Assembly: GCA_002269645.1 (NCBI GenBank) | Contig: NIVC01003891.1 | Location: forward strand, 7,191-71,190 | Source: Macrostomum lignano | Taxonomy: Eukaryota | DNA length: 64,000 bases | Reading direction: 5' to 3' | Shown here: piece by piece, positions 33,108 through 53,451 of the stretch | How the letters are laid out: each line of letters starts with the position of its first letter | How positions within the stretch are numbered: position 1 is the stretch's first letter | The notes under the pieces: generated by a model | What the model was told of the DNA's origin: nothing | Database searches by the model: none | The model's input: only the letters and a program-made list of their open reading frames with translations | Position numbers and translations under genes: made by a program

Positions 33108-34520
33108 ACATCTAGCTGCCGTCTACTTTACATCTAGCTGCCGTCTACTTTACATCTAGCTGCCGTCTAATTTACATCTAGCTGTCATCTCATTTACATC
33201 TAGCTGTCATCTCATTTACATCTAGCTGTCATCTCATTTACATCTAGCTGCCGTCTAATTTACATCTAGCTACCGTCTACTTTACATCTAGCTGTCATCT
33301 CATTTACATCTAGCTGTCATCTCATTTACATCTAGCTGCCGTCTCATTTACATCTAGCTACCGTCTACTTTACATCTAGCTGCCGTCTTATTTACATCTA
33401 GCTGCCGTCTAATTTACATCTAGCTGCCGTCTTATTTACATCTAGCTGCCGTCTAATTTACATCTAGCTACCGTCTCAGTTACATCTAGCTACCGTCTAC
33501 TTTACATCTAGCTGCCGTCTTATTTACATCTAGCTGCCGTCTCATTTACATCTAGCTGCCGTCTTATTTACATCTAGCTGCCGTCTCATTTACATCTAGC
33601 TGCCGTCTTATTTACATCTAGCTGCCGTTTTATTTACATCTAGCTGTCATCTCTTCTACATCTAGCTGCCGTCTTATTTACATCTAGCTACAGTCTACTT
33701 TACATCTAGCTACCGTCTACTTTACATCTAGCTACCGTCTACTTTACATCTAGTTACCGTCTACTTCACATCTAGCTGCCGTCTAATTTACATCTAGCTA
33801 TCGTCAAATTTTCATTTAGCTACGGTGTACTTTACATCTAGCTACCGTCTCATTTATATCTAGCTGCCGTCTAATTTACATCTATACTAGCTACCGTGTA
33901 CTTTATATCTAGCTACCGTGTACTTTACATCTAGCTACCGTCTAATTTACATCTAGCTGCCGTCTTATTTACATCTAGCTGCCGTCTAATTTACATCTAG
34001 CTACCGTCTCAGTTACATCTAGCTACCGTCTCGGTTACATCTAGCTACCGTCTACTTTACATCTAGCTACCGTCTTATTTACATCTAGCTGCCGTCTCAT
34101 TTACATCTAGCTGCCGTCTCATTTACATCTAGCTGCCGTCTTATTTACATCTAGCTGCCGTCTTATTTACATCTAGCTGCCGTTTTATTTACATCTAGCT
34201 GTCATCTCTTCTACATCTAGCTGCCGTCTTATTTACATCTAGCTACAGTCTACTTTACATCTAGCTACCGTCTAATTTACATCTAGCTATCGTTAAATTT
34301 TCATTTAGCTACCGTGTACTTCACATCTAGCTACCGTCTCATTTATATCTAGCTACCGTGTACTTTACATCTAGCTACCGTCTCATTTATATCTAGCTGC
34401 CGTCTAATTTACATCTATACTAGCTACCGTGTACTTTATATCTAGCTACCGTCTAATTTACATCTAGCTACCGTCTTATTTACATCTAGATGCCGTCTAC
34501 TTTACATCTAGCTGTCATCT
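33108..34520. repeat. 22-bp minisatellite (TTTACATCTAGCTGCCGTCTAC), ~60+ copies
   Basis: Tandem copies starting ~70 bp from the retrotransposon. Confidence 0.96.
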
Positions 34521-35757
34521 TAGAACAGTTAGCATTAAGTATTAAGTAAGACAATAAAAATAACAAAATCCAAAAAGACAGAATTTGCGTTTGCCAGATT
34601 TGCAGTTTATTCAGAGATGTTAATTAGCGAATTATTTGTTGCTGTTTGTCCTCACGAGAGCAGATTTCTCTTTTTTTAGAAAACTCGCACGGGAACAGAA
34701 ATTTCTTGCCAGTTCTGCTTTTAGTAATTCTCGCTTCAACGCTCGCGTCCTTATAACTTCCGCATCGGAGCGGCTATATCAAATAGGTCCATTTGAATGA
34801 GGGGGGCAGGGGCGGATCGACAGAAACACGAGAGATGATTCACACATACTCGACACAGACAAAGAGCGGCCACATCTAAGCCAAATAGTAAGACGAATAA
34901 CAATTTTTGAATCTTAAATAATAACAAAAATAAAGTTCAGTTATCACATTGACTGACGGATTCCGGGGTGCGCTGGGCGGGGCGAACGCCTCAAGTTCAT
35001 GCGCTACACAACAAGGCGACACAAGATAGGAACTGTTTAATCTAGACTTTGCTTAAAAATAGACACGGCTACGGGAAATCTGGGAGAAGTTAAGAATTGC
35101 GCAAATAATTCTACATAAGCGCCTTTCCCGCGATCACCACGTGCAGATAATTTTACGAGTAAATGATTTTGATTTTGATTTTGATTTTCCAGCTCTACTA
35201 AGAGTGTTATTAATTTTCTGATTTTTTAAATCTATTTCTGCAGTGGCGCAAAAACATTTTTAAGGACCCAAATACAGACATCGCAAGCGGATAGAACGAG
35301 GACAGAGAGGCTGCGGTTGTGCTAAGTGCGCGTTAACATAAACCCGGAAAAGTGGTACATATAAATCTGATGGTAACAGTTACAGTAAAACAAAATAATA
35401 ATATCAATAATATTTAGTTAGACGATTAGACAAATATTCGGAACAATAAAAATAGAATCTGCATTTCCATTCAGTTCTTTAATTTCCAAGTTCCTTGATC
35501 TGACAAGCGGGGCTGATCTAACAAAAATAGTTTCTTTTTCAAACGGACGAAAATGACGGAACAGCGACGAACAACACGCGAGCGACACGAATGACGAGGA
35601 GACAGAGTTGAGAGACTGGGCGGGAACGGAGAGGCCAGAATGAGGGCTGACAGAGACAGATGCGGGGGCGTTAGAAATGAGAGCCAGATTCACTTGTCGG
35701 GGCGTTCCAAAGGTCCGGTTATTTTTTTGCACAGCTGACGGTGCCGCTGGGCTCCGC

Positions 35758-38700
35758 TTACTCGGCGAGGCGGTGCCACTCGGCGATCTGCTTGCGCGGA
35801 CAGTTCATGGCCTCCTGCCAGTGCTTGTCGGCCAGCTCGCCGCGGCCGAGGCCCAGCTCCAGGCGGCCGATCACTTCGTTCTTGGTGACTCGGTCCCAGT
35901 CCAGCACAAGCAGCTCCAGGGCCAGCTGGTGGAGGCCCTCGTTTGGCGGCACTTCAAACACGAACGATTCGTTGTAGACTGGATTCAGCGTGCGCTTCTT
36001 CACGTGGGTCTTCTTCTTGGCGATCCGCTGCCCGTTGTACTGCAGGTAGAGCTTCACGTAGGGGTCGCCTGGGGGGGATTTTCAGTTGGTTAATTCATTG
36101 TCAAACGGACTCGAACTACCCAAACTTGTCCTAAGCGTTTATAGCAACAACGTTTCACGCAGATAGCATTCGAGAACGTTGCGATATCCAACGATAACCT
36201 CGGTATTATGTAAACCACCTGTGTTATTATATTTTCGCGCATATGCCTTTTCTGGCCTCCACCTGATTAAACACTATCAAATGTTCCTCTTCGAACCTAT
36301 ATGAAGTGGTGACTGTGTACATAATCTATGCGATGTGCCTGCCCGGATGTAGACTGCGGCTTCACTCGGTCTGACATCGCAAAGTTAAAAAGTGTCTCCC
36401 AAAAGCGTAGTATTGTACTGTCTGTTATCGAACTGTGTTGATTGATTGATGCATCATCAATGTCTGTGGACAAAATGCTGTAACCAACCTTGAGCAGCAC
36501 GACAGACTTAAATGGAACAAGGCCTGTCCAATGTATTTGTCATTTGTCGAATCAGCATCTATTCCGCCCGCCCAGAGGTGAACTGAAACCCCGAGGTCTT
36601 ATGTTCAGATATATTTTATGCCTGCTGTTACACACAGAGCTAGAGGACTGAGCTAGACTCTGAGCCGGAGGCCGCTCCTGCAGCCCCTAGGGCATTCGAT
36701 GTCGCTGTGAGGAGCCGCTAGAGCCAAAGGAAAGTGTATTAATAAAAGAATATTATGTAAAGGCGACAGAAGCGGAAGAAGCGCTAAGATGCTGCACAGA
36801 TCTAAAGTGAGAGGGGAGGCAGGCAGAAAAGAGGATTGTGGGGCAAATTAGAATAAGTGCGCTAGAGGGGAAAGCCGCAACGGAGATGGCAGAGTGAGTG
36901 GAGGCTGCACGCGCCCATTCAAGCAACTCTGGGGCTTCTGTCTCTCCTGACCGCCGGCTTTATGCAGCCCCTCCCCCTCCCATGCTCCTGTCAGCTCCCC
37001 TTTGCCAGTTGCTTACTTCCACAGTGATCTGTTTCATAGCAAAGCATATAGCAGAGCAGGTATTCTCGCTCAGCCCGCGCCCTCCCTTGCGTGCCTCACG
37101 CGAATTCGACTCGAGGCTGGACAAAACGCTCTCTCTGATCGCTTTTCGCTTAAAAGCGGCACCCACCCACTCAGCAATCAGCCCAATATCCGTTCGAGGG
37201 TCGCGTACCTTTCCTGATTGCAGTCTCAGGCCCTTCCTGTCTCACTCAGTCCCACTCACCAGCCAGTCCGGTCACGTCCATCTTCGGCAGGTTGCGGGCC
37301 TTCAGCACAACAACGGTCAGACGGTTAGCCGCAGGCTGGTGGCACAGGCTCACCAGCAGCTCGCCACGGTTCTGGTTCTTCACCTGGGTTTGGTGCGAAA
37401 TTTCGGGAATTGAGGCTGGTTTCTTATAGTCCGGCATAAGCGAGCGATAATTATTTGCAGATCAGGCAAAATACAGCTTCAAAATCAGACACTCATAAAG
37501 AGATAATGATGCAGCGATAAGAGATAAGCGACGGTTAAATGGCTAAAGTTACTGAGATAACCGCTAGGCTAAAGATGCTCAGATAAGCGACATTTAAATG
37601 GCTAAAGTTACTGAGAGAAGCGATGGTTAACTGGCTAAGGTTACTGAGATAAGCGACGGTTAAATGGCTAAAGTTACTGAGATAAGCGACGGTTAAATGG
37701 CTAAAGTTACTGAGAGAAGCGATGGTTAACTGGCTAAAGTTACTGAGATAAGAGACGGTTAAATGGCTAATGTTACTGAGATAACCGCTGGGCTTAAGAT
37801 GCTCAGATAAGCGACGATTAAATGGCTAAAGTTACTGAGATAAGCGACGGTTAAGAGGCTAAAGTTACTGAGAGAAGCGCTAGACTAAAGATGCTCAGAT
37901 AAGCGACGGTTAAATGGCTAAAGTCACTGAGATAAGCGACGGTTAAATGGCTAAAGTTACTGAGATGGTTAACTGGCTAAAGTTACTGAGATAAGCGACG
38001 GTTAAATGGCTAAAGTTACTGAGACGGTTAACTGGCTAAAGTTACTGAGATAAGCGACGGTTAAATGGCTAAAGTTACTGAGATGGTTAACTGGCTAAAG
38101 TTACTGAGATAAGCGACGGTTAAATGGCTAAAGTTACTGAGATGGTTAACTGGCTAAAGTTACTGAGATAAGCGACGGTTAAATGGCTAAAGTTACTGAG
38201 ATGGTTAACTGGCTAAAGTTACTGAGATAAGCGACGGTTAAATGGCTAAAGTTACTGAGATGGTTAACTGGCTAAAGTTACTGAGATAAGCGACGGTTAA
38301 ATGGCTAAAGTTACTGAGAGAAGCGATGGTTAACTGGCTAAAGTTACTGAGATAAGAGACGGTTAAATGGCTAATGTTACTGAGAGAAGCGCTAGACTAA
38401 AGATGCTCAGATAAGCGACGGTTAAATGGCTAAAGTCACTGAGATAAGCGACGGTTAAATGGCTAAAAGTTACTGAGATGGTTAACTGGCTAAAGTTACT
38501 GAGATAAGCGACGGTTAAATGGCTAAAGTTACTGAGACGGTTAACTGGCTAAAGTTACTGAGATAAGCTACGGTTAAATGGCTAAAGTTACTGAGATGGT
38601 TAACTGGCTAAAGTTACTGAGATAAGCGACGGTTAAATGGCTAAAGTTACTGAGATGGTTAACTGGCTAAAGTTACTGAGATAAGCGACGGTTAAATGGC

Positions 38701-40155
38701 TAAAGTTACTGAGATGGTTAAATGGCTAAAGTTACTGAGAGAAGCGCTAAAATGGCTAAGCGGTTAAATGGCTAAAGATGGTTCAAGATCGCTCGTACTG
38801 AGAAAAGGAATAAACTATGGAGTTAAGAGAACGCAACAAGCCAAGCACCTTGAACTGCCTCGGCTGAATCTCCCTGGTCACGCTCAGTAGGTCGTCCGTC
38901 TCGGTCTCGCCCATGGGGAACAGGACCTCCCCGATGATGTGGTCGCGCGAGAACCTGTCGAAGCTCAGCACAACAAAGTGCAGGCTGGCGGACTTCACCT
39001 GGGCCGGGCGCATCCCGTAGAAGCTGAACGTCTCCTCGTACACCGGGCTGCAGGTCTTGCGCAGCACGCGGGTCTTCACTTTGTGCCGCTTCTCCGGCAG
39101 CAGCTGCAGCTTCACGTAAGGATCCGAGGAGCCCAGGTGGGCGTCCTTGGCCGGCAGGTCCTCGCAGCGGACGATGGTCACCAGCAGAGTTTGCTTGCAC
39201 TTGTCGTACAGAACAGAGAAGGTCAAACTGCCCAGATTGCCGGCCGCCTCCTCCGCCTGCGGTCCCGTGTCGGACACCGGCGAGTTGCCCTCGGACATCA
39301 TCTGCAGCGCGTCCGGGGTTGTCGGCGACTCGCCCTGCCGCTGCTGCTGCTGCTGCTGGCGCTGCTGCTGGTTGTGCAGCGAAAGGTTCCGGCTGATCTT
39401 CTGGGCCCGGCCCTCCTCGGCCAGGCTGCGCTTGATGACGCTGGACAGGCGGAAGCCGGGCGACTCTTCGCGACGGCGTTTCAGCGACTTGTAGCCGTAG
39501 GTTGCCAGCCCGGCGACGGCGAACACGGCGCCAACGGTCAGGGCCACGACCGCCCCGATGCTCATGCCGCCCAGACTCACTGCGGGATGGGGTAGTGCGA
39601 CTCTCAGCTGTTACATGCAAGCCCCCTGAGCACTGGCCATGCCACAGCCAAACTTGACTAATCGATACAGTCCCATTTACAGACCTCACTTGAGCCCGAA
39701 TACGAAGTAAAGGTTTAGGAACCCCTTTTCAGGGACAGTGATGACTAACTAACAAACTATATATCTCCTCTATAGAGAAGAGGAGAGAGGAGATACGAGA
39801 GGATAGAAGAGAGAGGAGAGGATAGAAGAGAAGAGAAAAGAGACGAGAGAGGAGAGGAGAGAAGAGACGCGAGACGAGAGAGGAGATACGAGAGGAGAGA
39901 CGAGAGAGGAGAGGATAGAAGAGAAGAGAAAAGAGACGAGAGAGACGAGAGGAGAGAAGAGAAGAGGAGAGAAAAGAGAGGAGATTATTAGAGAGAAGAA
40001 AGCTGAGAAGAGACGCAAGCCTGGAGCGGGCCGGATTGCTGTTGTAAATTCCAAAGGACCCGAGTAGGTTTAGCTGAATGCTACTAAACTTGAAACTCAC
40101 CTGGTTGCATAGCAGAATCAGCTGATCCGTGCATAGGCCGAATCACTGGCGCCAT
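35758..40155 (-). CDS. SYT4: Synaptotagmin-4/11 family protein (exons 40155-40101, 39579-38849, 37383-37260, 36068-35758; 406 aa)
   Basis: N-terminus MAPVIRP..., TM segment ([21 protein letters not shown]), C2A ([41 protein letters not shown]) and C2B ([67 protein letters not shown]). Phases 1,0,1 are consistent; 1221 nt in total. Confidence 0.93.
37505..38780. repeat. 33/26-bp composite minisatellite (AGATAAGCGACGGTTAAATGGCTAAAGTTACTG / AGATGGTTAACTGGCTAAAGTTACTG) in a synaptotagmin intron
   Basis: Tandem copies, with long and short units alternating. Confidence 0.95.
39765..40062 (-). repeat. Dispersed repeat with expanded AG/CT-rich core; homologous to 55868-56068
   Basis: The reverse complement CTCGGGTCCTTTGGAATTTACAACAGCAATCCGGCCCGCTCCAGG..TCTTCTCAGCT matches CTCGGGTCCTTTGAAACTTCACCAATATAGCAACCCGGCCCGCTCAAG..TTTTCTCAGCT at 55868. 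Confidence 0.7.
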
Positions 40156-41278
40156 AATTTGTTAAACAGCTTCAGTCGCCTCAGCTGCTGCTGCTAAATG
40201 ACGCGCGATCGGCTACTGGGCTCGCTCACTCACGGTGAGATCTCCAGAACATGCAGGCAGGTAGAAGCAGGGTAGAAAAATTCGGCAACAAGATGTAAAA
40301 GATGTAAAAGATGCGGCAGAATCAGCCGGGAGTCAACTCCTGGCTGCTCGATTTTTTGCTATCGTTTCTTCTCCTCTCTCTCTCTATCTCGCCCCGAATC
40401 TGTCTGCAGGCCGGAGCACAGCGAGTGCGCGCGCGAGAGAGAGCCCTCCTTGGGGCGCCGGGCGGGAACTTATAGAGATCCCCCTTCCCCGCATGCGTCG
40501 ATCTCTGCTGGCGCTCCGCGGCGGCGGGGAGAGGCGGGAACGGAAGGAAAGATGGAGAGAGCGACAGAGAGAAAGAGCCTCGCTGCGTACGGTGCACGGA
40601 GGAAGGAAAAGTGTGTGGGATAAAAATAGAATTAAAGCCTTCATCCAAGGATGCTGGTACCGAGACTCAATCCGAAGGGATTATGGAGATGGAGAAGACG
40701 GCCGAGGGATAGAGAAAGAGGATAGAAATGCTGGGGCAAGGAAATGCGCCCAGCGCTCAGAATGGCCGAGCCACGTTGAACAGCCTGAGCTGTACTCAAC
40801 TCAGCCTTCAGGCCTGCGGCTTAACATCTCCCTCCCCCATCTCGCTGCCTCCTACGCAGAACGAGAGGCTGGCGTCCTACGCTCCCTAAACTCCCCACTT
40901 TCTGTGGGCCTTGCTGAGTCTTTTCATCTTTTCTCCGCTGCCTGCCTGCTTTTGCAGTCTCCCCCGTTTCCTGCCAAAGGCCAGCCAGGCTGCAGGGAGT
41001 TGCCGGGCGCCTCCTGCTTGACTATCGGAGCAAGAGATTGGCGTAGGATGGGGCGGGCATCACAGAGAGTCCTCTCCTCCCTCCCGATCCCGATGTCCCG
41101 AGCCCGGCGGGCTGACTCGGCTGACTCGGTAGGCTATGGGAGCAGCTGAGCCCCCCCCCCTCGGGCAGCTGCAATCTGGGATGGGGCATCCGGGCTGAGG
41201 GCTCACAAATCAACGAGAGATGAGCTGCAGCACTGCGATGCAGGGCGGAGGCTGGAGGGGCTGGAGAAGAGGCTTGTG

Positions 41279-41320
<42 letters not shown>
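41279..41320. repeat. (CA)n microsatellite
   Basis: ~20 CA units. Confidence 0.95.
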
Positions 41321-41322
<2 letters not shown>

Positions 41323-42772
41323 CGCACCAAGCCTTCTTAGTTTCTGCTGTATGCACGGGGCGCCCTATAGAGGAGCCTCTATTTGTTCCCCCATCGGCCA
41401 CCTTGCATTAGCGAGAGGATCGGGAGTGAGTGGAGTGAAATTTGGGAACGGGGAGGATAGGCCGGATCCCCCCTGTGCTCAATGCTCTGCCTAGCAACCA
41501 AGCCTGTCAGTTAATCACCGTGGAGGGACTGAAAACCGCCGTATCCCTTTCCCAACCTCAAATCCACATCCTCTCTGATGGCTGGCCAGGTGCGCTAGCG
41601 GAACTATCGGATAGTGAGGATGCGAACATCGCCTGCCTGCAGACTCTCATTGTTGCACTTTTTCATACGAACGAATCGCCAAATCCATTTATTTGCGTCA
41701 TCAAGCTCAGGACAGGAGAAGCAAAAGCTTTCGTGGTCTGCTTCATTTTCACCCCGAAGACAAATAAACTTCCCAGAAATAGTCTCTTCGTTTAGGATTA
41801 AAAAACCTTTGTAGCTTCGTGTAATTTCATGCGCGTGAAAAATCGATATTTATGCAAAAAGCAAATTACAAAACATAATAGGCCCGAGTCACTTGTTTTC
41901 TGTTAATATGGAGCAGTCTATAAATAAACATTAATATTCGAACACAGGTAACAATGATGGGATTAAGCATACGCAGCAGGGCCCGCTCTGCTCAAGATGA
42001 TGAAGGCTCGCCTCGCAGCTTCTCCAGTTCCCCTGTAGCCTGCTGAGTTGAGCTCTGCGCCACCACACTGGCAATCATGGCCTGCGTGTTCCACCTGCAG
42101 AGACGAGAAGTACAAGGCAGGTGAGATTAATCCGACTCGCGTTCAGTTTGGGTGCTGAAAGTAAAAAAATTCTAAGAAAACAAAGCTTGAGCAGCTGGCA
42201 AAGCAGAGCAGATGTAGAACAGAATCTTCTGTGTGCAAGTTAGACTAGATCAGCGTTCGAGTTTTAGTTTTGTGCGTGCTGAGCATTAGCAACTCAAAGT
42301 TCCGCTACTCAAATCTGGCCACAAGCACGCCGGTGCTAATTAATTAAAAGCAAAACATAGAGCGCATGAAAACAAAGGATTGGATGTATGGATAGATCAC
42401 TCTGATAGAAAGCAAGTTCTCATTACTGATGCAAGAAAGCCAAGTATTCACAGTGAAAGAGGCTGACTGTTCTAAATAAAAGCAATTCTTTTCTTTACTA
42501 CATTATTTGGAGCAGCAAGGCGCGTGCATCAGAGAAGCGCCGCCATCGAGCTTCTCAGTGTCGCAGGTGACTTTGCCGTCCAGCAGCCGTACCTGCGCTG
42601 GCAATGCTGAATTCAAGAATGAGGAGAGAATTATATGGACATTACTCGATCGCTCGCGCACAGTATTGCGCTCATAAACCACGGCTGTCGCGCGGCACAG
42701 ACAGTAGGGCTTAAGCAGGGCCATTCGCGACTCAGCCGCTCCAAATGTACTTTTACCTGTTTTGAGGCACCC

Positions 42773-43135
42773 TCAAATGAAATGTCGCCCCCTCAAATGA
42801 AATGGCGCCTCCTCAAATGAAATGTCGCCCCCTAATAATGAAATGTCGCCCCCTCAAATGAAATGGCGCCCCCTCAAATGAAATGGCGCCCCCTCAAATG
42901 AAATGGCGCCCCCTCAAATGAAATGTCGCCTCATCAAATGAAATGTCGCCTCCTCAAATGAAATGTCGCCCCCTCAAATGAAATGGCGCCCCCTCAAATG
43001 AAATGGCGCCCCCTCAAATGAAATGGCGCCCCCTCAAATGAAATGTCGCCTCCTCAAATGAAATGTCGCCTCCTCAATTGAAATGGTGCCTCCTCCAATA
43101 AAATGGCACACCCTCAAATGAAATGGCGCCTCCAA
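42773..43135. repeat. 20-bp minisatellite (CCTCAAATGAAATGGCGCCC)
   Basis: Tandem copies seen directly. Confidence 0.95.
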
Positions 43136-43824
43136 AATGGCCCCAAAAAGCCCCTTAGGCTACGCCTTCAAGGCATGCTCGTGGTTCCTTTACACGTGAC
43201 ATTACAGCTGTAGCTGAGTACATCCGGTAGACGACTCGAAGAAACGAGATACGACCGACGACCGTATTAGCCGAGATGAGGATAAGGTTTTGCAATAGCG
43301 CGCTGCGAGTGTGCGGTGTGTGAGATACATCAATACCTAAGTTACGCTGCGCAGCAAACATCAGAGCAGCTGAGCTAATACGAGTATTGGCTACATCATC
43401 ATCTGGCATCTCTGGCATCTGCATTGCATTGCTCTTTAATGTAGGCCCCACCAGTGTCATCTGATCGCGTGTTCTAGCAAAGAGATCAATAGGCAAGGCA
43501 AAAAGCAGACAGGTAGAGACAGAGCCACCTGCTACAATTTAACCTGCTCTTAATCTCTGTATCTCCTCCCCTCAGCCTCTTCTTTCCTTTCTATTTCACC
43601 ATGGACGTGGCGATAAGCCGGCTTGTGTCCCATCTGAAAGCGAATGCAAGGATTAAATGTTGAACACGCCAGGCACGGAGTTATATATAGCAAAGGAAGG
43701 GACACATGGTTATGTGTACGTAATGTACAGATTAACTAATAAGTTTTTCTATTTTTCATACCTAAAGTGGCAGCAATTAACACTTGAACATTAACATTGA
43801 ACCAATTAACACTTCCCCTCTATC

Positions 43825-44150
43825 CCAATTTTATTGCTCCCTACCCAACGCGAACGCGCTGGGTATACATTGACTAAGGGTTTCCTTATCTTTTTTCATT
43901 CCCCCAAGCGACAGCCACTTCAAGCCCAACCTTATGCCCTATTTTTATTGCTCTCTAACCCACACGAACGCACTGGCTATGTACATTGCCTAAAGGTTTT
44001 CTATCCCCCAAAGCGACAGCCACCTCAAGCCCAACCTTGTGCCCTATTTTTATTGCGCTCTAACCTACACGAATGCGCTGGCTATGTATATTGCCTAAAG
44101 GTTTTCTATCCCCCAAAGCGACAGCCACCTCAAGGCAACCCCTGCCTCTG
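43825..44150. repeat. ~105-bp tandem repeat, 3 copies
   Basis: TTTATTGC..CTAACC..CACGAA..GCTGGCTATGTA..TTGCCTAAAGG..CCCCCAAAGCGACAGCCAC.TCAAG recurs at ~43830, ~43940 and ~44045. Confidence 0.85.
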
Positions 44151-44515
44151 AATAGCCGCATAAGTTTTATCCTTTTGCCTCATTTTTTTTCCTTCTGAAC
44201 TCTACCCCATACTGAATACTGATTGTAGGCTGTAGCCATGATTTTATTTCACCCATCGTTTTAACTGTGACTGAAACTTTAGTAGAGAAAATTGGTATAA
44301 TTTTTATAGATATTTAAGAGTCTTGAAAAAGTTATTCAATGCAAAAGCTGATTAGAATTATTTTAAGCAAATTTCTTTCATATCAAATGCAAATGGAGTA
44401 AAGCCGAGGGATAGATCAATGCTATAAATTGACATTAAAAAAAGCATGCTAGATAAACGCAGCCACGATTGTAAGGATAAGAATATGTACTAATATACAT
44501 AATGAATAAACTCAC

Positions 44516-50701
<6,186 letters not shown>

Positions 50702-53451
50702 CTGCGGGTGAAGTTAATTAAAATTTAGATAAATGCATTTTGAAAATAAAGTATGAAAAAACACAGAAAAATATCTTAAGCTTTAGATTTTTCACTTTCC
50801 AGCAGAACAGCAGAAAGACGCACACTCATTATTGTTGGTACATGAATAAGTTTAGAAAACTTTTTAATTGATTTTTTAGTTTTTGTACTAATTTTTTAAG
50901 GAAATAAAGCGATAAAGAACAAATTATGACCATCTATAAAATTTTACCGAGCGTCAATTACGATTAGCTTTGTGATATATTTACATCAAAATATTATGAA
51001 AAAAATCTTAAAGCAATATTCGCTAAACAAATGTCAATATTTCCAAAATAGCTGTATTGGATTCATTCGTGAATACGGCATACTTTTCACGCAGCAAGAA
51101 ATTATCACCAACTACTCTAGCTTGTATTTATTTATTCAAAAGTAGCTAACTTTTTTAGATTGTCACTAGAAATTCAAGTTGTACTTTACTAACTTGCTTA
51201 AAATTTTCTATTTAAAAATTCTCATAATAGTTCATTACCAAAGTCTACCGGTAAGTCTAAAATTATATTATTATACTTTTATTACTTTATTACCAAACTA
51301 CTTTTCGTTTTTCTAGCTCCAATTTAAAAAAATAGTTTTATTACCATTTTTCTGCTGATTGGCTCTTTCTCCGATGTAAACATCTTTTAAGTCATTTTCC
51401 ATCGTTATTTTATTTTAGGATTAATGCGGTTTGTTTAATAAAAACTTTTTTGAATCAGTTTTCAATTCAGTAAATTTTATTTAATATCGTGCGGATTTCA
51501 ACGGAATCCTAAAAAAATTATAACTGTTCAACGATACAGATCTATCCAAAAAATAAGTTACTGAAGTTCTTTCAAATAAAATAAAACTATTTACATTAGT
51601 TTTGAATCAATAATTTGTGTTTAGAAAGTTATTATTGATTAAATAACAAAAAGTAACTGCGCAACTGTGTAAGAATTATGATTAGCATGAATAGTTTAAC
51701 TTACTACATTTTAAGTTTTGTTTTAATACTTTATTAACGTCACCTTTACAGTAAAAACTTCCAGATGCCGGGACCTCAGCTTAAAATTAGTAGGTTTATT
51801 TGCCATCACTAGTTAAACGATTAATATTTAAAAGATGTTACTTGTCCTATATACATGGCACTAAAAAGTAAAAAATTAAAATTCGTTGCTTTCTATATAT
51901 ACTGTTTAACTCAATCGGAGCACGATCTTTGACTTGTTGGCAGAACTCCCCGGCCCAAAGAATTCAGAATCAGAATAGAAACAGGGCAAAAAAAATGCCT
52001 GCAGATGAAATTTACCCGTCTAATTTGCACATACTTGTCATGTAAATTTTGTATTTGGATTTCGCATCAATAATTTTTCAATTCTACAATTTGACTGCAT
52101 CATCAACGCTTCGCGCGGCGTCAATTATATACTGCATGTAACCATGGGTTTCCTAGTGTATAGTAGGGATGTTCATTATATTAAATCTGCTTGGTTAGGG
52201 AGATAGTGCATAGTTTTGATATCATTTGTGTACGAAATAATTAAATAATAATCATAACACATTTTAATGTACATGTATATCTCGCATGAGGGCTAAGGAT
52301 CTCGTAATAATACGGTTGAATTTTTTAGCACTTTTTTACCTTATTCTGTAAAAACCATATTAGGCGATGGTGAAATTCGCGCAGGTGGCAACATTACACA
52401 CGCCTGCTGTTGTCCGCTGTTAATTACATGTATGAACCGCTGGATTTCCCCCTACCCGAAGTTCAGATACACAGCTGTATGCATGGGTTTTATCCCGCAT
52501 GCACGAGCTGAATGTCATCCAGCAGTCGTATTTTAACGGATCGACTGCATGAGAAAAGAGCCATACGGGGCTTGAAGAAGTCGCACAGCAGGTTGGCAGC
52601 TGCATAGGCCAATTAGCTTCAAGCACCAGCAATGTCAAACAGCTCAGTGCAGTATTTGCCCAGGTGACACCCATATATAGTTTCTGTTGCTGCTGCACAG
52701 GATGAAAAAAATGAATGTTTGACTTGAGACAAAGCGGAGGCGTTTTAGGGGTTTGTGAGGAAGCAATGAAACTGTCGCAATTTTTTCTTCATTAAAGAGC
52801 GCGCATGCTCAAAAATGCTTGCTGCTATTAGGAGAAGCAAAACTTCTATGAGGTAGAATCCACAGGAGCGCCTCTATGACGATCGATGAATACTTTTATT
52901 TCTTTAGAAAGCAGATTTTAATTGCGTGAAAAATGATGATACATTTAAAATGATTCACTGCATGGCGCTGAATGCATGCAGGCTGCTGAGAAAAGGTCCC
53001 CTAGCTAGCTGTATCAATTTTCTCAGTTGAAAAATCTGCTTATGCAAATCAATAAAGCTTAAACACATAGTTTTTGGTCATTTTAAATGGGCCTCTTTAT
53101 TCGTGTTCTATATATTTCCAGAAAAACTTTGTTGCGTCAAAGAATCGAATTTTACAATTAGGAGCATTTATTTATTTTCTTATTATGAAAGGTGTCATAG
53201 CTATTACATGTATATAATCATCATACGATATCTAGTATGTCGATATGAAATTTGTTATAACTAACTAGCTACATGTACATGTAAATAATTATCGTACTTG
53301 CAGCCAAAAGTACAGAAGAATGAAAAAAGCAAATGGAAAAAAATTAGTGCGGAGAATCAATTTGTATGATCGAGTATCTTTACTACTGTACACGTTTCAA
53401 AATTTCAAACAATCGCGAACGTCTGGTCAGTGTGAAGCTATAATAATAGCG

